The position numbers and the translations under genes were made by a program. A stretch of DNA of 64,000 bases, taken from contig OZ024750.1 of NCBI GenBank assembly GCA_964016885.1, positions 26,536,001-26,600,000 on the forward strand. Reading direction: 5' to 3'. Under the pieces are notes generated by a model. The model made no database searches, was not told the origin of the DNA, and worked only from the letters and a program-made list of their open reading frames with translations. This stretch comes from Eledone cirrhosa (Eukaryota). This document shows, piece after piece, positions 34,080-55,655 of the stretch (position 1 is the stretch's first letter; every line of letters begins with the position of its first letter).

Positions 34080-35150
34080 AAACAAATGTGGCACCTCATG
34101 GCCGTTACAATACCAGTGAGTGTGGGAGCACTGGGTATGATCAAGAAAGTACTGCACACATATTGAGAAGAGCACTATCTCTGTAAGAATGATATCCCTC
34201 CATTTGGAAAGAAGCAGAACTCAAAGCAAGTTTCGAATCATCATCATAATAATAATAATTGTGTCCTTCTCTACATGGAGTTCGAAGCTACTGGGTCAAA
34301 AGATTTAGTCAAATCCATGAACGAATAGCTGAACAACTTATCATATAGCTAAATGCTGATCAAGTGATACCCGAGTGGCTGACAAAGGGAGTGACACTTT
34401 TCTGCATAAATATTTCACTAAAGGACATGCGGTAGACAATTGCAGACCGACAACATGCCTACCAGTATGTGGAAATTATTGACTGGAATAAATGCAGAAT
34501 CAATATACGTGCATCTTGAAACGTTATGAAGTAAATACAAGAGGAAGATATTGGTATCCGAGCGGCAACCGAGGAGATATGCAACGTCAGGTTTGACGAC
34601 ATTGGATGGCAAGAGGCCACTTTAGTTGTCAGATATGGTGGCTTGGCTTCCGGTCCCCGATCTCGCTGGCTTTGCCGGCGTTTCTTTGATCAGTAACCTC
34701 ATGCTGCGCCCTCATCAGCAGGGTTCTCTAAAACCCAATGGATCCCTATATGATCAAGGAACGTGACGCCGCCTGTGAGACGTGGGACCAGCTGGGACTT
34801 ATCCCAGTAGACGTCCCTCCTCCTTCTCCCCCTGCTGTTGTCATGTTCCCCCAAAGGGGGACGACAAAAGGCCAGACGGTATGACCATCTTCCCGTTCCG
34901 CGGAGGCAAAACCCTCGTCTGGATGCCAGGTACTGCTGCCCGTCGCTCTGAGGAGGCCAAACTCACCAAGTACCAGTCGCCCTCCGACAAAAGAAACTTC
35001 TGGTGTCCTTGGCCCTGGGGCTACCTCTCTATTCACCACCATAGGCGGTGTGTGCCTCTCGAGTTGGAATGGTTCCTCCAGCACATCTCCATTACCATCC
35101 TCCGGGAAACGCCTTCTCCATTTTGTCCGTCGGGTCTGGGGGGGGGGGAC
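34080..35150 (+). mobile_element. Decayed LINE fragments (R4-like RT, then CRE-like RPDGMTIFPF..GK.LVW)
   Basis: RPTTCLP/MWKLLTGI near 34445-34490 and DDKRPDGMTIFPFRGGKTLVW in ORF 34782. Confidence 0.55.
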
Positions 35151-35456
35151 CAGCACTTGGACCCCATTTGCTCATCATACGGATTAAGACATATAACCTC
35201 TCTTTTTCTTTTATTTACTCTTTTACGATTAAAAGGTTAGTCTTACAAAATAATGAAGTAAAAAAAAAACGCAAGCAAATTATATAGTGAAATAGAACAT
35301 GAGTAATCTACTGAAGTTTAGCACAAAGAGTGCACACGTCGTCTCGAGACACTGAACGCTAACGATAATTCCGTTAGCATCGTCGTGAGGAACGCCACTC
35401 AGACACAATTTTCGGAGTTTTCCTCACTTTCGATTTATAATTTAACCCGGCTTGCA

Positions 35457-35520
35457 ATGTCCTCCCTTTCTATTGCTGGATTTATTATATTATTAACATG
35501 GCAGGTCACTTTAGCAGCTG
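35457..35520 (+). CDS. Signal-peptide exon of copy 2 (MSSLSIAGFIILLTWQVTLAA)
   Basis: ATG plus 21-aa hydrophobic signal ending TLAA. 64 nt with a strong CTG|GTAAGA donor in phase 1, which joins the EGF exons as G|AA = Glu. Confidence 0.8.
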
Positions 35521-35893
35521 GTAAGATAATAACTGATTTGTTATTCTATTCACTTATTGAATACTTTGATTTCTTGTCTCTCCTCAAATATTTTTCTCAT
35601 TTTCATTAATACTCTCATGCTGTCACCTGATCCTCCAACCTAACAGTATTGTTATACTTTGGGAGGGTCATGTTGCCAATAAGAAACACACGCACATGTT
35701 TCACTCCAATTTATTATAAATTAAATTTATAAATTTAAGAATTCATAAATTTCGGATGGTTAGTTGGTTCTACAACCGGACGGTTGTTCATATATTGTCA
35801 ACGTTCTTTCGTCACACATTCTGTGACCTCTTCAGTGACTGGGGATTCTTTTCTTTGTTTTGTGCCTCTCCTATATATATATGTCTCTTACTC

Positions 35894-35943
<50 letters not shown>

Positions 35944-37749
35944 TTGTGTTTGTGTGTGTGTATGTGTGTATGTGTGCGTGTATATAGATGTGTATATGTC
36001 ATCATCGTCATCATCATCATTTCACGTCCGCTTTAATCTGTAAGCAAGTTTTGCGTGAGTTACATAGAACAAATCAGTACTGAAGCGTGTCTTCTGACCA
36101 ATCAGTCAGGCCAAGGTCACATCGAGTTGTTTTTGACACAAACTGAAGGGTCCTACTCACCTTTTGTTTAGTAAGCTTTCTACGGCCGTATCCCTTTCTT
36201 ACTACCAACTGCTTTGCAGCCTGTACTGATTGCTTTTATTGTGTAGATCAGCAGGACTAAGGAGGTTGTGTTTTTAAACAACTAAAGGTTTATCTCAATT
36301 ATTTTATGTATGGGATCTACAGCGGGTGAACTTCCACTCACCAACCACTCTGGAGAGGTTGACCATAAATCAAACTGCAGAACCCTTCAAATGTGGAGAA
36401 GGGACAATAAGGGAGGGAGATAAGTATGAAGTTATAGGTATGTGTGGGGGTTTGTTTCGCAAGACAATGAGTAAGGGGTAGCAGTTACTGATTAGTGCAT
36501 GGGGTGTATTGGTGTGAGGGATGTGGTCAACATGGTGGCGGTTGTGGCGTGATGGAGAGATAAGAAGCGGGTTTAAGGATAAGTAAGATTTAGGGATAGC
36601 TGATTAGTGTACGGGGAGTGGGGCATGTAGTGAAGGATGTGGTCGATAAAGATTGGGGTCATGTTAGAGAGATGGGTAAGGGATATTGAGGGATAAGGTT
36701 TGCTAATAGTGGTGGAGTGAACAATGGGGAGAGAAAGCAGCTACTATTGGCCAATGGTGAGGATATATAAGGTGTCTAGTGTTTGAGTGGGTCTCGAGTG
36801 TATATGTGTAGTGGATGCCGCATTGGGGAGAACAGATGGGGAAAGTAATCATAGGAGGGAGGCTGTACTTCTTGGATGGGTCAGGTCATATTTTATGATC
36901 CTGGTCGGGTCTTCATTAACACAGCATAACACCAGCCACATCTGCCACATCTTTTGTGAGTCCATCGATTTCACTCTGTGCACCTTATGGAACTCCTGCC
37001 CAGCCTTTTCTGGCATATCGAACACAGCCATCTCCCTGATTGTATCCCCTTCTTGTCCTCTTTCGTGCTTAGCCCTTTTGCCTCTGATGCGATTGGTTTT
37101 AGGCTTTTCAACTTTAAGTTCTTGCATGTTTGAAGTTTTGTCCTTTACCATCCTACGGATTCAGTTGAGGTACTCAGTACAGTTTTGAAATACTCAGTGA
37201 AGAACAGTGAAGTACAGTGATAAATAGGAGTGGACTAAGGACTCAGCCCTGGTGGACATCGAACTGCACTTCATCACTCTACTGGCATCCAGCTTTTTTA
37301 TACATGGCCCAAACTGCTTTCACAAGTCATTCATCTACATCAAAGGTTCTCAACCCATTTTGGCCAAACGCCCTCTTTGCCTCTCGAAATCACGAAACGA
37401 CCCCTACCCTATTTTTCCATTTTTCAATATACTACTGACTTTGATATCAGTAGATTACTGGGCCATATCAAGTTATGTTAGAATCTTTAAAATATACTCG
37501 AACGAATTAAGTACGAAAAGTTTCAGTCCAAAACAAAAGGTAACTATTCCAAATTATATATTTTAGAAAAACAGACGTGAATGTTCTCAAAGATTTGATC
37601 TCAGTCGAAAAAGCTTTTTTTTGTAAATTCTATATTTCACTGTTAGCTGTTGTAATATTTTGAGTGGATAGACAATTCTACAATTCAAACTGCAAATCAA
37701 AATACAAAAGATGCAAATTATGATGAATTTCTTACCTTTCTCTGAAATC

Positions 37750-37792
<43 letters not shown>

Positions 37793-38074
37793 CTACACAC
37801 ATACATATATATCTATATATGTAGATTTATATATATATATATATACATATATAACGAAGGATATGTGGTACGGTACCAGATGGACCATAAGGCACCGGAG
37901 AACTCAATACCTAGGGTAGTAGAGTGTTAATAGGAACGAGTAGGACCCCGACGGCTGAGCTCAAGCCGTTTCGACGGCTAATTCCAGAAATAGCCGTCGA
38001 AACGGCTTGAGCTCAGCTGTCGGGTCCTACTCGTTCCTACACACACACACACACGCACACACACGCACACACAC

Positions 38075-44950
<6,876 letters not shown>

Positions 44951-45282
44951 CATATATATATATATATATAGATATAGATATATAAATCTACATACATATA
45001 TATCAATGTATGTGGATTTATATAAATATATAAACGCCCCCCTAACGTTCCCTTGCTCCAAAACGCTACCCTAGAGATCCGAAATACCCCCCAGGGCGCA
45101 TATGCCCCCGTTCAGAACCTTTGATCTACATCTAGCTTCGTAAGTGCCCACTATACTACGGAGAATGTGATCCTACTGGTGCGTGTGTTTCTGATTGGCA
45201 ACATGACCCTCCCAAAGTGTAACAATATCGATTTCAACACACGTTTTCAGATAAAGAATCTTGCTAAACAAATTCAGAAACG

Positions 45283-45322
<40 letters not shown>

Positions 45323-45615
45323 CTACATACATACATATATATCAATGTATGTAGATTTATATATATATAAACGCCCCCTTAACGTTCCCTAGCTCCAAAA
45401 CGCTACCCTGGAGATCCGGAACACCCCAGGGGTACATATGCCTCCTTTTGAGAACCTTTGATCTACATCTAGCTTCCTAAGTGTCCACCATACTACGGAG
45501 AATGGGACCCTATTAAAGGGTTCTCCCTGTCTACAAAATCTAGATACAATGGCTTACACTTCGCTAAGTACCTCTCAAGCAGTCGTCGCACTATAAAGGG
45601 CGAATCAATGGCACT

Positions 45616-46600
45616 CTTCTTCTTCTTCTTCTTCTTCTTCTTCTTCTTCTTCTTCTTCTTCTTCTTCTTCTTCTTCTTCTTCTGCTTCTTCTTCTTCTTC
45701 TTCTTGCTAAAATGGCAGTGGGTTTGTCAGAAGCAACCGTCACCAAATAATCCGGCTGGATCCCCAATCTAGACCAGATGTGCTCATGGATGTTATCCAA
45801 TCATCTTGCGCGGTCTCTATCTCTGGGCTTCCTTCCGGTTGCGTTTACCCGTAAAATCTTTCTAGCGATTTTTTCCCCGAGACATTCTAAACGCATGGAT
45901 ATAGTATCGTATCTGTAATCTCTCAATTCGGAGAAGTAGCGACTCTCCCTGGAGGGAGACCTGATCTCCAATCTACGCACCCTACTGAGTAACGTTACTC
46001 AAAATACCTTTTGGAGGAACCCCATTGCTGACCCTTGTATTGACGATCATGTTCGTTTCGTCATTACCCAAGATTCATGACCATAATAAGTGTTGACACG
46101 AATACCGTACTGAAGATAACCAGTTTGGATTTTTCTCCTACATCCCTTCTTCTGAATAACAACAGCTGAAGCTGGCGCATTACAGCACCTGCTCCTGCAA
46201 TTCTTGCACTTAATTCAGCCCCATGCGTTCCATCACTTGTGAACATTGCCCCAAGACACATAAATTTCTCCACCTGTTTCAGTGGAACCCCATTCATATA
46301 TAGATTGCAAGGCACAATATTCCTTTAGACGACGAGTATCTCAGTTTTCACAGCATTGATTTACATTCCAGCCATGCAGAACTCGATATCAAACCTACAG
46401 AGTGCAATTTGGTGATTACCTTCTGCCGAATTAAGGAATACCGAGTCGTCTGAAAATTCTAGCCGACTGATTTTACACTTGCCAGTCGTGATACAACTTC
46501 TAGCCCGACTGCCCATGTCAATCCTTTTCATGTAAATAATGAACACGATAGCTGAAAGACGCACCCTTGGCAGAATCCGACTCCCATATTGAAAGGTTTC
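45616..46600 (-). mobile_element. RTE LINE 3' portion with (GAA)n tail
   Basis: LEFSDD and MNGVPLKQVEKFMCLG remnants. (TTC)n at 45616-45705 lies at the element 3' end. Confidence 0.75.
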
Positions 46601-47636
46601 CATTTAGCACCATTTATCCAGTAGTAGTCCTGCCTAACATAAATTCAAACGTCATCTTATCTACTTTGATTATCTCCTGAATTAATCATGCTATAACATT
46701 TTCAACAAATGTTATGATATGGTCCATCAAGTTGATACTTCTATACTTATTCTCTCTAGTGTATCTTCATTGGCCTTGTAGAAGTTGACAATAACTTTGA
46801 TGCACCATTCATTAGATATGACACATTTCTTGGACTACTTGATTAACTATATGTCTGACTAGCACGTATCCTACAATGCCGGGTGCTTTTAGCATCTCAA
46901 CAAATATACCAGATGGTCCAGTGGTCTTCTCTAGTTTCATGTCCCTAATTGCTTTATCTATCTCATTGCTGTCAACTTCTTAGCTGATCCCTTAGTCAGA
47001 TGTACATGTGGTAAGCCCTTACTGTCCTATTTATTCTCTTCGTTCAGTAGTCTCTCGTAGTAAGTACTTCTTTTCGGCATAAGACAGGTTAGGTGTTCTA
47101 TCATTTGTACCATTTCACGATTTTCTCTAGCACACTCTCTTGCAATCCGATATACACCCTTCAACTGTTCTACGCGACGAAGAACATGAGCAACTGTTTT
47201 TGTCCCTCTGCCCTTGCTAGGAATACCTAGTTAAACCTAATTAAGGAGATAATGGATGTAAGGGTGGGTAGGAAGACTGGACAAAAGAAAGAGAGGAGTC
47301 AAGCTGTTCATTCATGCTAAAAAGAAGTGGCGCCGATAGAATACTCGATGTAACGGCCGTATAACTCAGGTGTAGGTGCAGTATACTGGGAGAAAATTTG
47401 AGCTTCGTCGTAGCTGACGAACAAGCCGGCGTATTTCGTGCACATTCAATTTACCATGGCTATCCCAGTAATTTGTTGGTAATACTTTCCGCAAATGGTT
47501 GAGGTTGAGAACAACTGAATCTTTTATCACCACTTTAATCTTATAATAATTGATATCGTATATAATTGATACCTCATTTATAACTGTATTTAATTAATGG
47601 TATATTCAACATTGTCATGTATATTGATATTATCAG

Positions 47637-47782
47637 AATGCCCAGCAGGAAAGTATGGTGAGCTTTGTCGATTGACATGCCATTGTTTCAAAAATAGTAA
47701 GTGTGACAAGCTAACTGGAAGGTGTCCAGCTGGATGTGCTGCAGGTTATATGGGTAACAGCTGCAACACAGTTATTTCCTAA
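47637..47782 (+). CDS. EGF-like exon A, copy 2 (ECPAGKYGELC...CNTVIS*)
   Basis: Same structure as 364-509, including the lost donor and TAA TGA. Confidence 0.7.
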
Positions 47783-48410
47783 TGATGCTAAGTATTTACA
47801 ATATATATATATATATATATATATAATAATGAAATGACAGGAGGCTAGATTTGTGTAAATCCTTGAAAGGTTTATTATACTATGATCATTTCAATGACTG
47901 GGTTCCGTATGAATCCGGTGACATCATCAGGTATTCGAAATATAATACGTGAATGTAATAGATAAAATCCATGGGGCTGAAAACGAGGACCCGAGGGCGA
48001 CCGCTATTCTGTTCCTTCAACTTCAGCCGGTCGCCCTGGAGTGACGTGGCTAAAGTTTTTAGTATGTACTACCGGTCAGATGAACGAAAACAGAAAGGGA
48101 TGGGAACATAAGTTAACGTCAATCTCATGACACAAGGTAAAAGAAAGAAAGAAAGGAAGAAGAGAGAAGAGGGGGGAAGAAAGAAGAAGAGAAGCCAGGG
48201 TTAATGTCAGCTAAAAGAAGAAAGGTAACTACTACCGGTCAGATATAGGCAAGCAGGAGGGGGAAGGAAGATAAGTCTGCGGGAGGAAGACAGGAAGAGG
48301 GGGAGAAGAGAAGGAAGAGAAGAGAGAAGTAGAAAAGTAAGGGTTGATGGATACAAGAAGGATTGACCATACGGAATAGACCAGCTCTATACAGTGGTGA
48401 ACCTCAAACC

Positions 48411-48459
<49 letters not shown>

Positions 48460-48461
<2 letters not shown>

Positions 48462-49192
48462 ATTTGAATGGATACAGTTTAGTTGAAAGGAATTTATTGA
48501 CACGTGTTTCTATAACAGTTACATAACCTAAAACAGCTATCTACAAACTTTTAGTTATGTAGACATTCAATATTTCAATGTTATTATTTACTGTCATTTC
48601 ATCAGAATAATATTACTGAGGACCTATTTAGTTTTTATAGAGAATATTAGGAGGGAGGGGTGAAGTTGTTAGAAGAATAGTTGAAGGAGTGGTTTTTCGA
48701 TAGCAGTGAGAATTCTTGGTGGCAGTGAGTAATTAGATTCCCATCTGTTGTTTTGACATTTTTTATAGAATATATTATTGGTTATTTTTCTAAATCTATA
48801 GAAGGATTAGAGATAGTAAAGATATGCGTGGTTGGTTTTGAGTTTGCACTTAATTAACATTCAGACTTAAATTTTTCTTTCAAGTGTACGTATCCTTTCA
48901 CCCAAGCATTCACACACAAATATATTTGCACACCTCTACAAAATACATATACTCACAATTCACATATTCATACTTACATATATATACACATGCTTACACA
49001 TATATATACACACATGTATTCATGTACATACATACGCGCTCATGTGTATACATTTTCATACTCAACTTATCTTTATATACACACGTATAGACACACACAT
49101 ATATACATACATACTCTAGTCCATGTGTACACACATACACATACTTACACATCCATATACACATATATACATACATATATACATACATATAC

Positions 49193-49245
<53 letters not shown>

Positions 49246-51065
49246 TACATATATATACATATACACATATATACATATACATATATATATAAGCACTTTA
49301 ATACATGAATACACTTACATCTAACTATACACATCAAACATATATATATATTTACTTATTTATATACATTTTCACATATATATACATACTTATGGACGTT
49401 TTTAGACACATTCATTATCGCATATTTGTACCTATTCTCATCAGCATATCTTTTCATTATTAGTATGGTAATTTAAGGTTATTAATATATGTTGAGAAGA
49501 GATTGTTTTTATATTTTTCTAACTAGATTAAGGTTTATATAGTTGGGGGATGTCCCTCTTTTATGTAATATTCGGCTTGTAGTGGGAAAAAAGGGTTTTA
49601 GTTCTGTGACGGCAGAATAATGTTCGTTCAATTCTGTTATTCAGCAGTTTCTTCTTGTGTGTGATTATGTAATAAATCTCAAGATTACACAATTTGCAGA
49701 AATTTTGGCTCCTGGAAAAGCTTTGGGTTTTAGCTAATTTTTCCCATTTTAGGGTAAACTTTTGGTCGCTATCCCTGAGCGTCCAAGCTTTTTCTGCTAA
49801 AGTTGTTACATTTCTTTGGCTCTGGTGTTTTATTGAGTAAGAATGCCTATACAATCGAGATTTAAACGATGTTGCCGTTGATCCCACGTAATACCACTCG
49901 TTGCCTCCGGATTTAATGGTACACTTATAAATAATATTTTTTTCCAGGCAGTTATTGCCGAGGGGGCAGTTGTCAGGATAGGTGCAGTTACAGTTGTGTA
50001 CGTTGGGTTTTCTCTGGAGTAGTATTGCGGACGAACTTAGGTGTGGTTTATTTATGTTCTGTAGTGTATTGTCTACTGTTTTTTTTTGTGTTCTTTGTAC
50101 TTAAGTTCTGAGTGTTTTCGTTTAACCTTCTAGTATTGATCTTTTTTATGTGTTGTTCAAGGTTTAACGCTGTAGAGTATGACAGTCTTATAGTGGTAGG
50201 GTTTAGGATTTTGTGGTATTTGTGTGATGTGGGAAAATGTCTTTTAATTATTTTAAAGAAGAGTACTGGTAAATTTGTACTAATGGAGCTATTGTATTCG
50301 GGGTTATACCATAAGTACTCTTTGCATCGCTTTCTATTAGTTTTGTTTGTTGGTTTACTGGTGTGCATACTATGGTAGTAAGTGTGGTTTGGTGTTGTGT
50401 TATTATATCTACCTATGTGGGATTTATTTTTGGTGTTTTGATTGTTCCCATCTATGTACTCTATTTTGTTGAGGTAGCCTGCTTTACTAAGATTATATTA
50501 GAAGCTAGGAAAACTATAGTCAAATTTGAGAACAGTTATTGGGTACGTAAAGATAGACCCTCTAACTTTGACATAACAATGGGCTCTAACGATTCGGCGG
50601 AAATAACTGATATTGTGGGCTTATTTATCGCCTTTAGACTCCAGGAAAAATTCAGCAATCTCCACGGCGGAATATACCGCGACGATGTTCTCCTCCTAGC
50701 TAAAAACCTTAATAACCAAAAACTAGAAAAACTACGCAAAGATATAAGAAAACTACTACTCGAAATAGGACTAACTATAACATATGAATACAACCTTAAA
50801 GTAGTTAACTTCCTGGATGTCACACTCAATTTAAACTCTGGTTTGATTAAACCGTTTCATAAATTGAATGAAAATCTCAAATACGTAAATGTTGGGTCTA
50901 ACCACCCCATCTCTATAATTAAATCTATCCCTAAAAATATTTCCCTTAGAATCTCGGGTCTATCTTCTAACATACAAGTATTTAAGGAACACGCCGAGTA
51001 CTACGATAACGCCCTTAGTAAAGCAGGCTACCTCAACAAAATAGAGTACATAGATGGGAACAATC
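48460..51065. mobile_element. Nested Penelope-like element: GIY-YIG on minus (49561-50368), inverted RT piece on plus (50460-51060)
   Basis: MGSNDSAE, GIYRDD, VNFLDV on plus. YVGSTAT.FK.R...H and CKLCNLE on minus. Confidence 0.85.
48494..48610 (-). ncRNA. Hammerhead ribozyme with extended stem II
   Basis: TTATT-CTGATGA-...-GAAA-CACGTG-TC-AATAA. Confidence 0.75.
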
Positions 51066-52934
51066 ATGTATGTTATGTTAACGTGTTAACGTGTGTATGT
51101 TGTGGGTTCGTCTTAGGGAGAAGTGTTTAGACGGGTCCGTATTTGTTAATGAAGTAAGATTCCTTGCTGATGCGCTGGGTGTGGGTGGCATTATCTTTAA
51201 ATTTGTAGAGGGGAAATATTCTGAAGTTGGGATGATTTTGGGCGGCACAGGTATCAATGTGTTCACTCAGTGGTATTTTCCTGTATTCCCGTATTTTAAT
51301 TTGGGATCTATGGACAGTCATGCGTTGGCGGAGGCTGTTTTTGGTCTGGCCTATGTATTGTTCTCGACAACCTGAGCAAGTTAATACATATATTAGATTT
51401 TCCGATGCACGTGTGAAATTGTGTTTTACTATAAAACGTTGTCCATCTTTGAAATAGAATTCCGAACCCTCTATTAGGTTGATGCAAATGCCACAGTTGG
51501 GTCTATCGCATTTTTTTTACTGTGGGTTTCGTTGTTGTGGTTGGCAGTACTTTGGCATGTGTTAGGATGTTTTTCATTGACTTGGATTGTCTTTTGCTCT
51601 TTATGATATCGTGTGTTCGTAGAATTTGGTTCATTCTATGGTCCTTTTTCAACACAGGGATGTTCTGGAGGATGGTGTCAAAGGCCTCATTGTTGAGAGG
51701 GTTGTGTGTGGAGATGTATGGAAGAGCTTTTAGTTTCGGTTGATTTACTTTAGGGTGTCTAAGGTCCTGGGTACTGAGTTTTAGGGCACGTTGGATTCCA
51801 TTGTCAATTAGTGATGCAGGGTAGTCCCTGCCTATGAGTGTGTCCTTTAGTTCTTGTTGCCGTAAGTAGCAGATGTTTTTATTGGAGACTAGAGTACAGA
51901 TTCTCTTGGCTAAGTTGTAGGGAATATTAATTTTAACGTGTCTAGGGTGGCAAGAGTTGAAGGGGAGATATTGCTTGGAGTCTGTGGGCTTGTAGTATAT
52001 GTCTGTTTCTATTTTTTTGTTATGGATCTTAATGAGGATGTCGAGGAAGGGGAGTTGTTGATGGTTGTATTCCATCGTGAAGTTAATATTCGTGTTGAGC
52101 CCATTTATAAGGGTGTGAAATTCTTTAAGTTTTTCGATGTTTTCGTGCCAAAGGATGAAGCAGTCATCTAGATATCGCTTCCAGTTCCTTTCAATGTGTA
52201 AGTGGAGGGTGTTTCCAAATTTGTTTAGGACTTTAGTGTAGAGGGTGATTTCCAGGTATCCCATGACTAGGTTGGCATAAGTGGGGGTTGTTTTCGTTCC
52301 CATAGCGTCCCAGATTTCTGCCTGTAGGGTTTGTTATTGAAAACGAATAATTGTTCTCCAAGATAAATTTGAGTCCCTCTATCACGAATTCTTTTTTGAT
52401 GCGTTGTGGGAGTTCATTGTGGAAATTATCCAGCCAGAATTGGATAGCTTCTATTCCTAGGTTGTGGGGGATGTTGGAGTATAGGTTGACTACATCGAAC
52501 GTCACTAGTAGGGTTTGTTCAGAAAGGGGCATATTAGGGAGGTGATTGAGCATATCTAAGTCGTCCCTTATATAGCTTTTGATGTGTTTGAGGAAGGGCG
52601 CAAAATCAATTTTTTACATTCACATGACCCCTACCGACCAATCAAAATTGTTTTGACCACAAGAATTTTTGCAACACCAAAGTAACGCTGGAGCCACTTT
52701 TTTAACATAAAAACAGGTAGAATTCCCAAAATTAATCAGATCAGAGCAAACAACACGGACACTCTATCTCAAAATTATTTTTGAAAAGCATTTAGAATGC
52801 GCAACCGGTAAAAACTTAAAAACTTAAAACCACAACTGAATACTAACCCATACAATCACTAATACTCTTTTATTCCTATTTAAACCATTTTTCAACTGTG
52901 AACAATTTGTCAGCATTTTCTATTCCGTTCACCA

Positions 52935-53019
<85 letters not shown>

Positions 53020-54238
53020 GTTTGTATATATAAAGTTACAGTATCGTGAGAGAGGATAGAGAGATGAGGTAAAAGAGAAACGATACAGAGGATTACTTGC
53101 CAAAATGTTCTCGATGCTTATGTAAACAGGGTTAAACATTATAGGCGTTAATATTTAGAAGCAGAGCAATTATAATCGAAGTAATTGATGAAAGAGAAGC
53201 AAGCCGTTAAAACACATTTATAAAAATCTCTTACATATGTTTCGCCTAATGGGACTCGTCTGAGGCGGTTAAATAGGCTAAGAAATTAATAATGAACCCA
53301 GTAAGGTTACGAGCAAAATGTTAATATCGAAATCCATTACTTCTTGTTACAAAATGGAGTCAAGATCTTTGTTACTAAGGGAAGTATTTCCGGTGCATGA
53401 TAAAGTTATCTGTTTGATCAATGACCTCTACTAATAAAATTATATTCCTTGTTATAAGGTGTTAATTTAATTATGGTTTGTCAAGTCAATTTAATGAGAC
53501 ACTGTTAAGGTATGAGTCTTAGTATCAATTATGAGTAAGGTAATTAAAGACTTTACACTAGTTTAGTTAGTACATAGCTGCAATATCAATGTAGGCTTAA
53601 TAGTCTAGAAATGTAAAGACATATAAGATGGATTCAGTATAATTATATGATCATATGTCTACAGTGTTTAAAGGGTATAATCAGCAGTTCTGTAATATTA
53701 CCCAAAGTTTAGTCTATCAGTGTGGAAGAATACAAAAGGGTAATCTCGTCTGAAAATATGCAGTGCAGCTCCCTGGAGGGACGACGGGGGTTGGATGATG
53801 GTATTGTTTAAAGATGTTTAATTTTAAGTCTACCATTTTAGGTCGAGCCAGGGCAGAGTGTTGGAGGCCCCGGGTGTTATGGTTTTTAAGTATTAGCCGG
53901 GATCCATCTATAGAAGGACTGTTGTAGTATATGGCCACAATTAATGACAGTTTTGGCTCGACTATTATTGAGGTGCTTGTAACACGAAGTAATGCATTTC
54001 GATGTTAAAATTTTGCTTGTACCCTTACAGGGTTCATTATTAATTTCTTTGCCTATTTAACCGCCTCAGTCGAGCCACATTGCGCGAAACATATGTAAGA
54101 GATTTTTATAAATGTGTTTTAACGGGTTGCTACTCTTTCATCAATGTTTTCGATTATATAAATATATATGTATATATATACATGTATATATACATACACA
54201 CATATATATATGTATATATATATATACACATATATATA

Positions 54239-54373
<135 letters not shown>

Positions 54374-55026
54374 CACCAAAGTAATGACCAAAGTAAACAT
54401 ACGGATAATATAAATGAACTGAAACGATTGGATACAACTTTGTCAACGCTGATGAAAGCAATAACGTATACAACATGGATAAAGTAGAACCACCGAAATA
54501 ATAAACAGGGAGTTAAGTAAGATATATAAAAAGAGACTTTAAAATGAAATCTGGATAGAGCAATGGAAGAGATGAATTAGATAGTAACCAGACGCAATGT
54601 AGAAATTGAATTGAACACTATCAACCGATAGAAACGCAGATAATACTGAAGGATCACAAACCGAATTACAACATTGACGTCACAGTCAGACATATTGTGT
54701 AATTCAGGCTGGTCATTGAAGTAATAAGCAAAATTCTATTTAGTGACTTCGCCAATGAAGACACTAAGGACGGCAAAAGATTGTTCGTACAGTTTCTATA
54801 TTACCATGGGATCCAGTGACTCAGAGCAGGTGACCGATCACGTGAGATATGTGAAGAAGTGTTTTCTGGGTCGCGGCGGAGGATTATATCACGATGATGC
54901 CCTCAAACATAAAAAGACGATTAGAGCGGATGAAGATGTAAATATCTTAAGTTTTCAGGAACATAAAACTAGAAGTCGCAATCTACAGTAAACATTCAAA
55001 ATCTGATCTATCAATTCTTCGACAAT

Positions 55027-55074
<48 letters not shown>

Positions 55075-55139
55075 GTATATATATATATATTATTGTGTAT
55101 ATATATATATATATTATTGTGTATATATATATATATTAT

Positions 55140-55188
<49 letters not shown>

Positions 55189-55572
55189 GGGATAACAGGT
55201 TATCGTTAGAGGCAGTCCACTTAGATGTAGTCCAGTTGGAGTACTCCGTGTAGTGGATAGTATTAACGTGTGGCTTAGTCTGACTCAACAAGACGTTTCC
55301 ATAGTGATGCTGCGAGTTTGCGGCGATTTCTATGCAAGTTGAGATGGAGGGTCTGTGGTTTTTCTCACATGTGAGAAAAAACACTGATCCTCCATCTCAA
55401 CTCTACTTTTGAAAAGCAGAAGAACTGCGAAACCGGTAAAGGAACCAAATAAATAATTATATTTTTTCAAAAATAAGACTCCAGTGGCATTTTCGATTTC
55501 ATCATTTTTTCTTTATACTTTCACTCGTGTAGGACACCTCGGTTATTTTTCATTTTGTAAAATAATCCTCAC

Positions 55573-55655
<83 letters not shown>

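Larger units (their letters stand above)
47830..52600 (-). mobile_element. Neptune-like Penelope element (RT 51503-52553, pLTR about 47830-48030) interrupted by a second PLE
   Basis: LVTFDVVNLYSNIP, MGTKTTPTYANL, RYLDDCF, LPFLD. Hammerhead at 47877-47934. Confidence 0.9.

Noticed and set aside
35430-35450. TATA-like tttataatttaa upstream of the signal ATG
   Set aside because: Too close to the ATG, and expected by chance in AT-rich DNA.
45030-45505. Two direct repeats of about 135 bp as a CRISPR-like or LTR structure
   Set aside because: Only two diverged units in a eukaryotic context. A simple local duplication around a pLTR fragment.
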